Source: an uncultured virus (IMG/VR IMGVR_UViG_3300022198_000005)
Taxonomy: Duplodnaviria > Heunggongvirae > Uroviricota > Caudoviricetes
DNA: 64,000 bases
Reading direction: 5' to 3' (one strand)
Virus record (IMG/VR): IMGVR_UViG_3300022198_000005
Positions 47,824 through 59,044 of this stretch are shown one piece after another; within the stretch, counting starts at the first letter, position 1; each line of letters opens with the position of its first letter. The notes beneath the pieces were generated by a model, which ran no database searches, was not told where the DNA came from, and saw nothing but the letters and a program-made list of their open reading frames with translations. The translations under genes were made by a program, and so were the position numbers.

Positions 47824-50800
47824 TTATCCTAAAGCAATTGAGAAGGCAATTGATTGACTCCGAGTCGCAAAAGCTGCTGCGTCAGCCGAATCACCTTTTG
47901 GACCTTGTGGTCCACGTTGTCCAATAGAAGTAAATACTTGCCAAGTACTATTTATGTAGATGAATTCAATGATATTTTGGCCGATATCGATAAAGAAGTC
48001 ATCAGCATAACCTTCGATAGTATTACCGTTCCTACCAACTGTCAGGCCAGTAGTTGACCAGTTACCTACATCGATCAACTTGACATAGTGTCCGGTCGTT
48101 GGGGTGGCAGGTAAGTTAATCGTAAATGTTCCACCAGTCGTATCTACTGCGATCCGCTCAGCGTTACTTGCGGTATAAGGTCCGCTTGACACAGTAGTGT
48201 AAGTCGATGAGAATACAGCAAAGTCTGAATCAAAACCAAGGTATCTACCACGAAGGTTACCAAAGTTCCAAGTGGGTAGGTTCCAACCAGTGCCACCAAC
48301 GTTGATGGTCTGATCAGGAGATGAGCTATCAACACCGTCTTGGACTAAACCATCAAATACGTACCATTCACCGTTAGTCGCATCGCGAATGAAACCAGTA
48401 CGGCGGATAGTTGAACCACCGTCATCAGAGTAGCGACCGATGATACCAATGTCGACTGTATCTGCACTGTTACTATCAGCAACTTTGATGTATGCGTTTC
48501 CAACACTCAAGTTCGAAGTAGCGTTGACCGTCTGTGTACCAAGAACCGTCAAGTTACCATTGATGATCACGTTACCAGAAGTAGCCAATGCAGAGAACTG
48601 CACTGAGTCTGTCGTTCCAACCGCTTGACCAATCGCGATTACACCAGTGCCACTATTATAAGTTACACCAGTACCGCCTGATAGCTTAGCTCTGACTTCA
48701 GTTGCGCTTGGACCGGTGTATGTCAATACGCCAGTTGAGGCGTTGTACGACATTGAACCATCACCGCCAGCATCATTGACAGAGAAGAGTGCACGAATCT
48801 GGCTGGTAGTCCTTTGAGTAAAGGATATTACTCCAGTACTGGAGTTATAGCTTAATGAGCCAGAGACAGAGATCGCTGATCTTGCACGAGCGTTGGTAAA
48901 GTACTGGTTAGTGCCTTCAGCAAGCGCTGTAGTCGTTTGGTTAGACAAGCTGCTAACAGTACCAGTAACATTACCAGTGAAACCGCCTGTTGCTTGGATA
49001 TTACCTGTGGCATAGATGTCAGCACCACGTAAGTTGCCGCTAACGCCGATACCACCAGTAACGACCAAAGCACCAGTCGTCTTGTTCGACGAGTTAGTAC
49101 TAGAAGGGATATAGAAGTTGCCGCTTGCGTCCATGCGCAAGAGGTCTGTACCACCTTCTAAGTTAAATGGTGCTCTACCTACATTATTACGGATCTTAAA
49201 TTGGCTATTCGTACCTTGGAAACCGAGATACGTCGTATTCGAATCAAGTCTTCCTTTGACTGCAAGTACGTTGTGGAACTGGTTATCGATACCTAACGCA
49301 AGACCAGCAGAGTGTGTAGAGTCATCAGAAGTATATGTTAAGATGTCCTGTTGACTATCACCCACAAAGATGTCTTTGTTGATAGCCAAACTACCATGTG
49401 ACTCTTCATAGATGCGAACGTTACCGATTTGCAAGTAGTCTTCAACATCGATGCGAGTAAATCCGCCTAATATCGTGTTGAAAGAGTTACCATCAGCAGT
49501 GTTGATGGTCATGGTATTCGTTGCAGAATCCCATGCAGTGGATGCAACACCAGCAACCGTTACGGTACCAATACTATCAATGAAGCCGGATGCATCAACC
49601 GTAAACTTAGGGATCTGAGTAGCAGAACCCCAGGTACCAGCATAGCTAGTCGCTCCAGTACGAGAGATCGTCGTGAAGTTTGCGGTTGAACCAGATATGT
49701 CAGTGATGACCGCAGAATCAGCAGTGATATTTGTGGCGCTGATCGAATCAGCTGTTACTAAACCAGTAACTGCAGCACCAGTCGTGGTCGTCTGTACTCT
49801 TGTAACACCATCGCGATACAGTCTAACTCCATTTGCTTGACCTGCGGTCATGTATGGAGTATTACCACGGTTTGCTACATTGATGGAGTCTGCTTGTACG
49901 TTGATCGCACCAGCAGCGTTGTTCAGCATCAATAAGTTGGTGCCATCATGAGAGATGTCAAGGTCTGCACTATCTATCGTACCAAACGTTAACTTGAGAC
50001 CGTCATTGATGCGAATGTCGCCAGACGTATGAGTCGTAGCGGCATCAACACGCATGAACTGAGTAGAGTTCAAGCCGTCTAATGTATCAGCATCAACGTT
50101 CAAGGCATCGATAAATGCCTTTGTTACTCGAGCATCGATGTTTGAGTCAACTCGAGCCTTTGTATAGTACTTGTTTCCGCCTTCAGTTAGATTAGATGTA
50201 GTGAAGGGATCAAGTGTGATGGTCTCAACGAATGAGTTACCATCAGCAGTATTGATCGTAAAGTTACCGTTCGTACTATCAAAGTTGATAGAAGAAACAC
50301 CAGCGACGGTAACAGTGCCAACACTATCGATACGACCTTGAGCGTTGACTGTAAAGACAGGAATCTCTGTGGCACTACCGTACGTGCCTGAATCAACTGT
50401 CGTATTCGCTAAGCTGAGAGTATTTGTCGAAGAATCATAGTTTAAACCAAGACCGTTGAGAGTTGCCTCATCAATGGCCATGTTAAAGTCTGAGTCAAAG
50501 TTAGCCTTCGTATAGACTTGCTCAACATCGAATGAGAACTGACCAGTACTACTATTATAAGATAAGTCACCAGCAGCAGAGAACATCTGACGAATGCCAC
50601 CGATGCTTGAGTCTCTACCTAAAGCTAAGTAATACTGTTGTAAGCTATAGAAACGAGTAGCCGAGTCTCTCAAGTCAGAGTCAAATCGGGCTCTCGTATA
50701 GTATAGGTTATTACCTTCAGTGAGGTTAGTCGTCGTCTTCTGAGCAAAGTCAGAATCAAAACCTAAGTACTGGCCTTCAAGCGTACTTGCTTGGAACGGT

Positions 50801-53259
50801 GCAAGCTCAAACGTAGAGTCGTTAGTATCGATCTGAGGAGCATCAGGCTCAGGCAAGTAATTTTGGAATACCTTCCAAGTACCTGCATCTGAAGCATCTC
50901 TAAAGAAACCAGCGTGGGCATATGTGCCACCTTCGTTATGATTACCAGCAAAGCCGAGATCGATCGTTGCGGTTGGGCTTCCAGCTGATTCACTAGCGTT
51001 CAAGTAGAACAGGTTATCACTAATGTTCAGGTTGGTAGAGTTAACAGTAACTGTAGTGCCGTTGACTTGCAAGTTACCGCCAACTATCACGTTACCAGTC
51101 GTAGCGAGAGCACTAAAGTTGACCGAGTCGCCAGTTCCTACAGGTTGACCGATAGAGATGACGCCAGTCGTAGAGTCATAACCAACACCAGTGCCAGCAA
51201 CTAAGTGGGCTCTGACTTCAGTAGGTGAAGGACCTGTATAAGTGAATACACCGCTTCCAGAGTCATACGTAAAGCTACCATCACCACCAGCATCGACCGC
51301 GGTTAGATGTGCACGAACCTCTGTCGCAGAAGGACCAGTGTAAGTAAACACACCAGTCGACTCACTGTACGTAAAGCTGCCGTCACCCCCATTATCAACG
51401 GCTGAGAAGTGTGCTCTGACTTCGGCAGCAGATGGTCCAGTGTATGTGAATGTACCAGTTGACTCATTGTAAGAGAAGAATCCGTCTCCGCCGTTATCAA
51501 CAGCATTGAGGTGTGCTCTTACTTCTGCAGAAGATGGACCATTATAAGAGATCTCTCCAGTGATAGGGTTGTATGAGAGAGAACCGTCACCGCCAACGTC
51601 AGTTACTCTGATCGAGAAGCGAGCTCTGCTCTCATGGTCTGCAGAGTCATGCAAACGAGTAAGGAACGTATTACCGTCTGCAGTATTGATCGTTAAGACG
51701 CCAGTCGCAGAGTCATAAGCAGTAGAAGAAACTCCAGCAACGAGTACTTCGCCGATAGAGTCGATCTGACCTTGAGCATTGACGCTGAAGATCGGGATCT
51801 GAGTCGTAGAACCATAAGATCCCGCAACGACTCCAGTGTTAGTGATGCTTAATGTGTTGGTTGAGCTGTCATATGAGAGGCCAGTGCCATTCAACGCGGC
51901 TTCATCGATCGCCATGTTGAAGTCACTATCAAAGTTAGCCTTTGTATAGACTTGTTCAACATCAAAACTAAACTCGCCAGTACTTGCATTATAGCTTAAG
52001 TCACCAGCTGCAGAGAAGTAATTACGAATCGTCTGAGTAGAAGTCGCGTCGCCTAAAGCAGAGTCAAACCTTGCTCTCGTATAATATAGGTTGTCGCCTT
52101 CAGTGATATTGTTCGTCGTAAAGTACGCAGCAAGCTCAGCACTATCGATCGACAATGTATTCGTTGCGGCATCATAGGCAAGACCAACTCCGTCAGTTCC
52201 AGCAGCATCGAGTGCTACGTTAAAGTCAGAGTCAAAGCCTAAGTAACGACCTTCAAAGTCAGGAGCCTGAACTCCCTTGTTGAACACCCAGTCGTCAGCA
52301 GCCGCATTGTATGTCAGGTCTGCATTGGCACCAGCGATCGTGATGCCTGCACCGTCAGCAGCTGCAGCGTTAGGAGCACTATCAGCAAGGACGATGTTCT
52401 TATCATTGACCGACAATGTGGTCGAGTTGATCGTCGTGGTCGTACCATTGACGGTAAGATCACCTCCAACGGTCACATTGCTTGTAGTGACGACAGTATT
52501 GAAAGTTACGTCGCTTGTGGTCTCAACCGGCTGGCCGATCGAGAGAGTATTCGTAGCAGAATCATAATGCAAACCTGTACCATTCAACGTGGCTTCGTCA
52601 ATAGCCATGTTGAAGTCAGAGTCAAAGTTTGCTTTCGTGTAGACTTGTTCTACGTCAAATGAGAATACGCCAGTCGTTGAGTTGTAGCTGAGGTCTCCGC
52701 CAGCGCTAAACTTTGAACGAACGACTTGAGTAGAATGCGCATCAAGAAGAGCAGAGTCGAATCGTGCTCTTGTGTAGTATAGGTTTGTGCTGTCCTCAGC
52801 AAGGTCAGCAGTCGTGTTCTGATCGAGGTTAAGCTTAGCGATGTTATTATCGCTATCTCGTACGACAAGTATGCCACCAGAATCTTGTATCCTAAGGCCA
52901 CCAAGGTAGATCGTGCCACCACTCAGGTGCAAGTCTTTCCATTTTAGAGCTGCAGTACCAAGGTTATGAGTGCTATCTTCGTCTGGTACTAGATCACTAT
53001 GGACACGGTTAACTACTAAGTTACCATCTACGGTGACATCACCTGTAGAATGGATCTCAGCAAACTGTACGCTATCAGCAATACCTAAGAATTGGCCTCT
53101 ACGGGCAGTCCAATCTCCAGTGGCTGAATCGTAGACGAGTATGTCTTTATTAACCGCACCGTCGACGTTAACGTGCTGAAGCGTGTTAAGGTCGTTAGGG
53201 TTGGTTATGTATTTGTTTGTAGGTACTCCTACAATAATACGTTTTACGATTGTCGGCAT
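47824..53259 (-). CDS. Long tail fibre protein (1811 aa)
   Basis: [14 protein letters not shown] and GNL.VNGT fibre repeats; ends IAFSIALG. Confidence 0.8.
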   Translation of the reverse strand: MPTIVKRIIVGVPTNKYITNPNDLNTLQHVNVDGAVNKDILVYDSATGDWTARRGQFLGIADSVQFAEIHSTGDVTVDGNLVVNRVHSDLVPDEDSTHNLGTAALKWKDLHLSGGTIYLGGLRIQDSGGILVVRDSDNNIAKLNLDQNTTADLAEDSTNLYYTRARFDSALLDAHSTQVVRSKFSAGGDLSYNSTTGVFSFDVEQVYTKANFDSDFNMAIDEATLNGTGLHYDSATNTLSIGQPVETTSDVTFNTVVTTSNVTVGGDLTVNGTTTTINSTTLSVNDKNIVLADSAPNAAAADGAGITIAGANADLTYNAAADDWVFNKGVQAPDFEGRYLGFDSDFNVALDAAGTDGVGLAYDAATNTLSIDSAELAAYFTTNNITEGDNLYYTRARFDSALGDATSTQTIRNYFSAAGDLSYNASTGEFSFDVEQVYTKANFDSDFNMAIDEAALNGTGLSYDSSTNTLSITNTGVVAGSYGSTTQIPIFSVNAQGQIDSIGEVLVAGVSSTAYDSATGVLTINTADGNTFLTRLHDSADHESRARFSIRVTDVGGDGSLSYNPITGEISYNGPSSAEVRAHLNAVDNGGDGFFSYNESTGTFTYTGPSAAEVRAHFSAVDNGGDGSFTYSESTGVFTYTGPSATEVRAHLTAVDAGGDGSFTYDSGSGVFTYTGPSPTEVRAHLVAGTGVGYDSTTGVISIGQPVGTGDSVNFSALATTGNVIVGGNLQVNGTTVTVNSTNLNISDNLFYLNASESAGSPTATIDLGFAGNHNEGGTYAHAGFFRDASDAGTWKVFQNYLPEPDAPQIDTNDSTFELAPFQASTLEGQYLGFDSDFAQKTTTNLTEGNNLYYTRARFDSDLRDSATRFYSLQQYYLALGRDSSIGGIRQMFSAAGDLSYNSSTGQFSFDVEQVYTKANFDSDFNMAIDEATLNGLGLNYDSSTNTLSLANTTVDSGTYGSATEIPVFTVNAQGRIDSVGTVTVAGVSSINFDSTNGNFTINTADGNSFVETITLDPFTTSNLTEGGNKYYTKARVDSNIDARVTKAFIDALNVDADTLDGLNSTQFMRVDAATTHTSGDIRINDGLKLTFGTIDSADLDISHDGTNLLMLNNAAGAINVQADSINVANRGNTPYMTAGQANGVRLYRDGVTRVQTTTTGAAVTGLVTADSISATNITADSAVITDISGSTANFTTISRTGATSYAGTWGSATQIPKFTVDASGFIDSIGTVTVAGVASTAWDSATNTMTINTADGNSFNTILGGFTRIDVEDYLQIGNVRIYEESHGSLAINKDIFVGDSQQDILTYTSDDSTHSAGLALGIDNQFHNVLAVKGRLDSNTTYLGFQGTNSQFKIRNNVGRAPFNLEGGTDLLRMDASGNFYIPSSTNSSNKTTGALVVTGGIGVSGNLRGADIYATGNIQATGGFTGNVTGTVSSLSNQTTTALAEGTNQYFTNARARSAISVSGSLSYNSSTGVISFTQRTTSQIRALFSVNDAGGDGSMSYNASTGVLTYTGPSATEVRAKLSGGTGVTYNSGTGVIAIGQAVGTTDSVQFSALATSGNVIINGNLTVLGTQTVNATSNLSVGNAYIKVADSNSADTVDIGIIGRYSDDGGSTIRRTGFIRDATNGEWYVFDGLVQDGVDSSSPDQTINVGGTGWNLPTWNFGNLRGRYLGFDSDFAVFSSTYTTVSSGPYTASNAERIAVDTTGGTFTINLPATPTTGHYVKLIDVGNWSTTGLTVGRNGNTIEGYADDFFIDIGQNIIEFIYINSTWQVFTSIGQRGPQGPKGDSADAAAFATRSQSIAFSIALG
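50410..52790 (-). repeat. Three dispersed copies of an ~80-aa module in the tail fibre (approx. 50410-50710, 51845-52095, 52540-52790)
   Basis: [11 protein letters not shown]...[48 protein letters not shown]. Confidence 0.85.
51205..51605 (-). repeat. Tandem 102-nt (34-aa) coding repeat, about 4 copies
   Basis: EVRAH codons at 51205, 51307, 51409 and 51511; unit D.GGDG.F.Y...TG.FTYTGPS..EVRAH; another copy near 48690-48780. Confidence 0.85.
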
Positions 53260-53266
53260 GTTCCTC

Positions 53267-53620
53267 TCACCTTGTCACTGAAGGAGTTACGTGAATATGA
53301 CCCTCGAGGATCCTTTCTATCACTCTATCTCCATCACTATCTAAAAAGGAGAGTTCTACATCATAAACATATCTTCCGGCTTTTAACGTATCTGTCTGTA
53401 GGTTGGTAAGGGAGATGCTACATTTTCCAGCGGTCGCGGGGTCATAGATGCCTTGTGTAAAGACAATGGTGTCAGCGCTATCGCTATTATAGGTTCTTTT
53501 TAACTTAGCAGCTAGAGAGTGGTTGGTGAGGTCTTTGACAGAGCCATCTTGGTTCACAAGATGTAGCTCGATCGAGACGTCAGCTCCCTGATCAATTGTA
53601 ATTTCTTCGTATTTCGCCAT
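53267..53620 (-). CDS. Small virion adaptor protein (BppU-N-like)
   Basis: IDQGA..., GRYVYDVE and RILEG.I.V.P.VTR; directly precedes the fibre gene. Confidence 0.6.
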   Translation of the reverse strand: MAKYEEITIDQGADVSIELHLVNQDGSVKDLTNHSLAAKLKRTYNSDSADTIVFTQGIYDPATAGKCSISLTNLQTDTLKAGRYVYDVELSFLDSDGDRVIERILEGHIHVTPSVTR

Positions 53621-53649
53621 CTTCCCTTACCTTAGACGATATCTCTGTT

Positions 53650-53657
53650 TATTTATA
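53650..53657 (-). promoter_or_regulatory. T4 late promoter for the fibre operon
   Basis: TATAAATA. Confidence 0.8.
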
Positions 53658-54411
53658 CTTTGGGCAGATTAAAGTTATAGTCAACGGATTCTTTTATGCC
53701 CTTGGTAACAAATAGACCTCGGTCTTTTTCTATTTGTTGTACATCCTTGAACATGACGACTGGTTTAAACTTATCAGAAGCAGGCTTGATCGATGACGAG
53801 GACCTATCTGTCTTGACAATCTTTAGGTTTAACTTATGCATCTCTGCAAGCATCTTGGCTTCTTCGATCTGATGCTCATTATGACCAAACACAATGAACT
53901 GCCATGTGATCCGTTTTCCCATCTCAGAGCCTAAGACGATGGCCTGATATATTAACTCTGCATTCTGTCCAACTCGATATATTGGGCTAGTATCAGGTAA
54001 ACCATCAAGACCAAAGATCCATATCACGTTTGGAGGAGTGAGCTCAAACGCTTTACGATACCATGAGATGTTCTTTTGATGAGAGGCAGTATGGATCCTA
54101 AACGTTGTATCTGGAAACTCAGCACAGAGTCTAAGCACATCATAGAACTTTTTATGATATACTGGATCACTAAATTGTCCGCATAAGGATATATTATTTT
54201 CAAAGAACTCAAATATCTTTCGAAGGTTATCGATGCTGATGTCGCCAGACTCTCTCATCTTTTGCTTCATGCCAATGTGTCTTTTATCATCCTTCGGAAG
54301 CTTAAGGAAAGCCCTTACACATTGAGCACAATAAAGCCCACACTTATTTGTAATCTCTATATTAGCATTCGACGAATACTTTTGAGCTATAACATACTTA
54401 CTATGACTCAT
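53653..54411 (-). CDS. Radical SAM protein (core domain only)
   Basis: EITNKCGLYCAQC, CGQFSDP, FGLDG and WQFIVFGHNEHQ; start set at MSHSK. Confidence 0.85.
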   Translation of the reverse strand: MSHSKYVIAQKYSSNANIEITNKCGLYCAQCVRAFLKLPKDDKRHIGMKQKMRESGDISIDNLRKIFEFFENNISLCGQFSDPVYHKKFYDVLRLCAEFPDTTFRIHTASHQKNISWYRKAFELTPPNVIWIFGLDGLPDTSPIYRVGQNAELIYQAIVLGSEMGKRITWQFIVFGHNEHQIEEAKMLAEMHKLNLKIVKTDRSSSSIKPASDKFKPVVMFKDVQQIEKDRGLFVTKGIKESVDYNFNLPKV

Positions 54412-54700
54412 CTCTGACTCCGCAGTATAGATGACATCTTGACAAACACTTATCTGGCTCTTCATCTAACTTTCGAAAGTATTCTACCCACACATCTGAT
54501 GTAAGGATTTCTTCAACTGTATCATTATTTTCAAGTTTTAATCCTTCATCATAAAACCCATGTGCTTCGAGCTCGGGTTTAATATGAACGACATCTAACC
54601 AACAGCAAGGAAGCAAATAGCCATTTGAAGCATAAGCGATACCTCTGATCTCTTTGTCATAACCATCATTCTGCTTTTTGCATCGTGGTTTAATCTTCAT
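54401..54700 (-). CDS. Stand-alone SPASM/twitch-like Fe-S domain
   Basis: C...GYLLPCCW...EEIL...C...C...C. Confidence 0.7.
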   Translation of the reverse strand: MKIKPRCKKQNDGYDKEIRGIAYASNGYLLPCCWLDVVHIKPELEAHGFYDEGLKLENNDTVEEILTSDVWVEYFRKLDEEPDKCLSRCHLYCGVRDES

Positions 54701-55526
54701 ATGTCACTCCAAGTATCTTCCTGGCACCAAAAATCTGCTCCCGGATTACGTCTGGCGGATACTGGAGCCTGCCAACCACAGCATAACCTAACGCATTACG
54801 AGGGTCATCTTTCTCAAAACCTAGCTCTGAGAGCCTTTCAGCGTTATGATCCCACCATCTATCAAACTTTTCTTTATAACTGATCGGTCCATTGTTAAAT
54901 GAGACGATGAAGTCAGAAGAATACTTACGTTGAGGACGAATGTTTTCTTCTCCAACGTAGAGGTCATCATCTTTAAATACATCCCACAATGTTTTTCCCT
55001 TATGACAATAGTTTAATCTAATGTCACCGGGTTTCCAATCAAGTGTCCAATGTTGATAGTCTGAAGGATCTAAGTCGATCAACTCAGAGTTCATGTTCAC
55101 GACGATCCTTCCAGGATTGCCAAAGTCTTCATAACGATGGATCAATACGTTATACTGATCTATCGTGTGTTTAACTTTACGAGGCGCGTTCTTATAGAAC
55201 TCGTTAGGGTCTTCTTGCGCACCTCTCATATCTTCGAAGTATTTATGCAGTATGTTCAACAGCTCTTGGTCAAGACCTTTATCTTCATCGATCTCATGGT
55301 CAATAAAGTGTTCCCATGCGTTGATGATATGGATGCACTGATTTAACTCATATACGACTCGCTCTTTGGTCCAATAGTAGTTTAAGTTGTATATGCGATC
55401 ATTAAAGTATACGGTGCCATCCTTATCGATCGTCTCTTTCAAGAGCATAGCCCACTTATGACCAAGCGAATGGTCACACGACTCTATGCTAAACTCAGAG
55501 TTATCGAGGATGACGTTGAACTTCAT
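54690..55526 (-). CDS. Hypothetical protein in the modification island
   Basis: 278-aa ORF; LNILHKYFE and LNYCHKGK motifs. Confidence 0.7.
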   Translation of the reverse strand: MKFNVILDNSEFSIESCDHSLGHKWAMLLKETIDKDGTVYFNDRIYNLNYYWTKERVVYELNQCIHIINAWEHFIDHEIDEDKGLDQELLNILHKYFEDMRGAQEDPNEFYKNAPRKVKHTIDQYNVLIHRYEDFGNPGRIVVNMNSELIDLDPSDYQHWTLDWKPGDIRLNYCHKGKTLWDVFKDDDLYVGEENIRPQRKYSSDFIVSFNNGPISYKEKFDRWWDHNAERLSELGFEKDDPRNALGYAVVGRLQYPPDVIREQIFGARKILGVTYED

Positions 55527-56758
55527 AGTTGTCCGCTAAAGATGTACTTGTTCGTGATGTTACGAAAGTCTGACATCTCCTTTGCCTTTGGTACACATAT
55601 CCCACATCCGCAGTATGAGTTAGGACATACCACAGTAGGAGTACGACCTGCATCAAACTGGGCTTGGAGCCATTCAAGGTAATCATCTGACTTGGTCAAA
55701 GAACAGATCGGACCTTTTCGATCTGTAGCCTTTTCTTTAGTAAACTTAGACAAGTCTACGTCTGGCATGGGAGTGCCTTCGATCTTTGCCATACATGTCT
55801 GATGGTGATAGACTGCATCTTTATCTTCTTCGATATGTAAGAAGAACCAATTTACCATGCAGTGATAGTCTTTAAAGTTAGACTGCTCGATGAACATCAC
55901 GTCATCTTCTTTGCCATCATTCTTTACTGTCATGCATCGGCCGCCACAACACATCCGACCCATCTTTCTGGCTAAACCATCTTGGTCAAGTGAGATTGCA
56001 GGAGGCTTCCTTAACTGTACGTCCTTGATAGGGATACGAGTGACTTGTTCGTTCTTTGACTGCCAATGCATCTTGATGTATTGCATCTGATCTTTCTCAT
56101 AGACCTGAGTCGTACGTCGCATCTTACCGTCAACGTCTTCAAACCATTCTGACTTAAACTTATTATCGTCTCCAATAGTTCGAGGGATGTAAGGGATCTC
56201 ATTAGGCTTGAGGAAGTTTTCGATCAAGTCCACACACTCATCAAAGTAATCAGCATGCATCATCACGTTGACCTTTGACATCTTCTTACGTGCTTGGTTC
56301 TCTTTTAAGAATAAGAGGTTCTCACGTACCAAAGCTTTCTGTTTATCGGTGCCTTCACAATGATAAGACACTGTGATCGTATTCATGTGATCGAGCAAGA
56401 ACTGACCTCGTCTCTTGCTCCATGTTCCGTTAGTCGTGAGGTTCAACTCCATATATGGGTAGTTTTCTCTCAAGTATGGCACTAAGTCATAGAATGCAGG
56501 GTTGACTGCAGGTTCTCCACCTGTAAATGAGATCTTGCATGTCCAGTTACGATCTGCTCGATGAAAGTCATCATAGATCTTCCAGTACTTGTCGATAAAG
56601 TCTGCTGTCTTCTTGTACTTTTCAAATGAGTTAAATGGTGCAGTTGTAGAGTGCATCCATCCAGTGCAGTATGAGCAGTCATAGTTGCATCGACGACCAA
56701 GGTCCCATACAACCATCTTTGTTGGTTTGTGTAACTCAGAGTAGATATAATCAAGCAT
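55523..56758 (-). CDS. Radical SAM protein with Cys-rich C-terminal domain
   Basis: CNYDCSYC, FTGGEP and TTNG; C-terminal CPNSYCGCG. Confidence 0.9.
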   Translation of the reverse strand: MLDYIYSELHKPTKMVVWDLGRRCNYDCSYCTGWMHSTTAPFNSFEKYKKTADFIDKYWKIYDDFHRADRNWTCKISFTGGEPAVNPAFYDLVPYLRENYPYMELNLTTNGTWSKRRGQFLLDHMNTITVSYHCEGTDKQKALVRENLLFLKENQARKKMSKVNVMMHADYFDECVDLIENFLKPNEIPYIPRTIGDDNKFKSEWFEDVDGKMRRTTQVYEKDQMQYIKMHWQSKNEQVTRIPIKDVQLRKPPAISLDQDGLARKMGRMCCGGRCMTVKNDGKEDDVMFIEQSNFKDYHCMVNWFFLHIEEDKDAVYHHQTCMAKIEGTPMPDVDLSKFTKEKATDRKGPICSLTKSDDYLEWLQAQFDAGRTPTVVCPNSYCGCGICVPKAKEMSDFRNITNKYIFSGQL

Positions 56759-57311
56759 TTGTATATTTTGAGAACCAGTCTCGTTGTTTCAATAGGTCTT
56801 TCTGCTGATTAAACAGGTAGACGGGGTAAGGCTTTTCGTCCTTTGTCCAGTTGATAGAGCTATAGTTGCTTTTATCATAAACATCATAATCAACTTGTTC
56901 TTCGATGAATTGATCCATACCTTTATAGTACTTCAACATCCAATACTCAGGATCTTGGTCGAACTTCTTATATATGTCAGACCTATCTCCTTGCCATGAC
57001 ATGATGGAGGAGTTTAGTTTCGTATGAAATGTTGGTCTCCACCATGCATGGCAGAGCGTGAATCGTTCTGTAAGGAATGAGTTGCAGTCTCCTTTGATGA
57101 GCATATCAAGGTCAAAGTAGATGTTTTGACCGTCTCTAAACTTATCAAAGATCTGTAACTTATTAAAGACCTGGATCTCATATCGATCTTCGGTCATCAC
57201 CTCAAACGAATCATACTTTAGGTTTGAGTACGTATCAACCATATGTTTAAGGTTGTCTACGTACCAATCATCATACTTTGTGCCAGTCTGGACACATATC
57301 ACTCTCAGCAT
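56751..57311 (-). CDS. GT-A fold glycosyltransferase
   Basis: GTKY..WYV.NL, FNKL, YFDLD (DxD), LNSSIM and GMDQF; start set at MLRVI. Confidence 0.8.
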   Translation of the reverse strand: MLRVICVQTGTKYDDWYVDNLKHMVDTYSNLKYDSFEVMTEDRYEIQVFNKLQIFDKFRDGQNIYFDLDMLIKGDCNSFLTERFTLCHAWWRPTFHTKLNSSIMSWQGDRSDIYKKFDQDPEYWMLKYYKGMDQFIEEQVDYDVYDKSNYSSINWTKDEKPYPVYLFNQQKDLLKQRDWFSKYTNA

Positions 57312-57349
57312 ATAGATAATATCATTGAAAACATGAATATATCTATATG
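57309..57349. promoter_or_regulatory. Face-to-face late-promoter variants (TATAGATA) forming a 10-bp inverted repeat
   Basis: CATATAGATA (57309-57318) and TATCTATATG (57340-57349); each arm includes the start codon of one divergent gene. Confidence 0.55.
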
Positions 57350-57949
57350 GACATCCGATACTCCAAAGTGATGAAGTGGTTTTGGCATAATCATAGAGAG
57401 AACTTTGACCGACTACTCGAGTCACTCTCTCCCAACCAACTCGAATGTAAACACTGGCTGATCGACGAGCTAAACCCTGTCTGGTTTAGGGATCACTCGT
57501 TAAAGATAGAGATCATAGGATCTTGGTTTGCCTGGCCTCTTGTAGACTTCTTAGCTCGTAAGTTTGACATCGAAAGGATCAGACTATACGATCCTGACCC
57601 ATTCGCATGCATGGTGGCAAGAAGGTATATCGAAGAGTTTAAGTTCCCATTTGAGATACAGACATTTGAGATGTCATATTGGGACCATGAACAAGATGAA
57701 GTGGGTTGTCACTTACTCATCAATACATCAGCTGAACACATGTATGAAACCCTTGCGACTGGCAGACAGAAATATGCAAAGGCTCCAGTCGTTGCTCTAC
57801 AGTCAAATAATATGTTCAACGAAGAAGATCATGTGAACTGCGTATCAAGTGCTGAATCATTATCAAAGCAAAACGGGTTAAAAAGCATCTTATATTCTGG
57901 CACAAAGAGCTTTGATCGGTATGATCGTTACATGGTGATCGGCGTATGA
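57347..57949 (+). CDS. Class I SAM-dependent methyltransferase-like protein
   Basis: IIGSWF, YDPD, INTSAEHM and LQSNN...HVNC. Confidence 0.6.
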   Translation: MDIRYSKVMKWFWHNHRENFDRLLESLSPNQLECKHWLIDELNPVWFRDHSLKIEIIGSWFAWPLVDFLARKFDIERIRLYDPDPFACMVARRYIEEFKFPFEIQTFEMSYWDHEQDEVGCHLLINTSAEHMYETLATGRQKYAKAPVVALQSNNMFNEEDHVNCVSSAESLSKQNGLKSILYSGTKSFDRYDRYMVIGV

Positions 57950-58644
57950 ACTTCTTTTGTTTGAAGTGGGGTACTAAGTATGACGCTAAGTACGTCAATC
58001 GACTTTATGGCAGTCTAAAGAAAAACTGTCAAGTTGATTTTACATTTACGTGTTATACTGATGATCCAACGGAGTTAAGAGAAGAGATCGAGGTCAAGGA
58101 CATCAGAGAACTACGACCTTATGATACTGATAGAGTCTTTACGTATGAGAAACTCATCTTGCTTGAGAAGCATGAGAAAGGTATGTGGATCGACTTAGAT
58201 GTCCTTATACATAAAGACATCACAGACCTCGTGACAAGAGACGTAGATTCTTTCACGATGATATGGAATGATTGGAACGACTACGAGTACAAGACTGCAT
58301 TGAACTGGGGGAAAGGTACAGCATGTCATGTGAACAGCTCGTTCGTGCGGTTTGAGAACGCAGAGTGGCTAGTACGATATACTCATGACAACTGGGATAA
58401 GATCGAGTTTACCTATAAGTCTCTTGACAAATACTTGTTTTATCAACACTTTCGAAAGAATAACCTAGCATTTTGGGAACCTGGTATCTTCTCTAACTAT
58501 AATGTGCAAGGTCAAGTATTAAAGAACAGAGTGACCTTGTTTAATACATCCCATGTCCATGCGAATAATTTAAAAGACAGAGCGATTGAACTTCATGAAG
58601 CAGAGCCAAATGTACAGAGAATCTGGAAGTCGTACTCCCTTTGA
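57946..58644 (+). CDS. GT-A fold glycosyltransferase
   Basis: CLKWGTKY..YVNRL, CYTDD, WIDLD and NSS. Confidence 0.82.
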   Translation: MNFFCLKWGTKYDAKYVNRLYGSLKKNCQVDFTFTCYTDDPTELREEIEVKDIRELRPYDTDRVFTYEKLILLEKHEKGMWIDLDVLIHKDITDLVTRDVDSFTMIWNDWNDYEYKTALNWGKGTACHVNSSFVRFENAEWLVRYTHDNWDKIEFTYKSLDKYLFYQHFRKNNLAFWEPGIFSNYNVQGQVLKNRVTLFNTSHVHANNLKDRAIELHEAEPNVQRIWKSYSL

Positions 58645-59044
58645 AGGTTGGATCATCTTGTATGACAGAGTAGTCTTGTTGGCTCCTGGGAATAAAGAAG
58701 ATCAGATCGAGCAGTTTGTTGATATGGGAGTAGAGGTTCGTGCTCTAGACTATAACCCTAAGTTTCATCAATACAAGCACTATGAGGTCGTTGACTTCAT
58801 CTTTGACGATGTAAGTCTTAAAGCTGATTGTTTGGTTCATTATAACTGTGAGAAGACGTACTATAAGATCAACTATACAGGTGACATCATACTCAGAGGT
58901 GATGACAGGCATAAGAACGGGGACTGTAACCCTATCACGTCATGCGAGCAGCTTATCATGCAGTACGAATTGAAAGAAGTGTATGATACTGTAATACAAG
59001 ACTGTGGTAAGCATAAGCAATATATCGTATGGGGTAAAAGATGA
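58586..59044 (+). CDS. Hypothetical protein, degenerate methyltransferase-like (start uncertain)
   Basis: ALDYNP, HYNCEK and DCNPI parallel motifs in 57347..57949. Confidence 0.45.
   Translation: MNFMKQSQMYRESGSRTPFEGWIILYDRVVLLAPGNKEDQIEQFVDMGVEVRALDYNPKFHQYKHYEVVDFIFDDVSLKADCLVHYNCEKTYYKINYTGDIILRGDDRHKNGDCNPITSCEQLIMQYELKEVYDTVIQDCGKHKQYIVWGKR

Noticed and set aside
50410..52790. Repeats as a CRISPR array or DGR template/variable pair
   Set aside because: In-frame coding repeats with synonymous divergence; no spacers, cas genes, reverse transcriptase or evident A-specific variation
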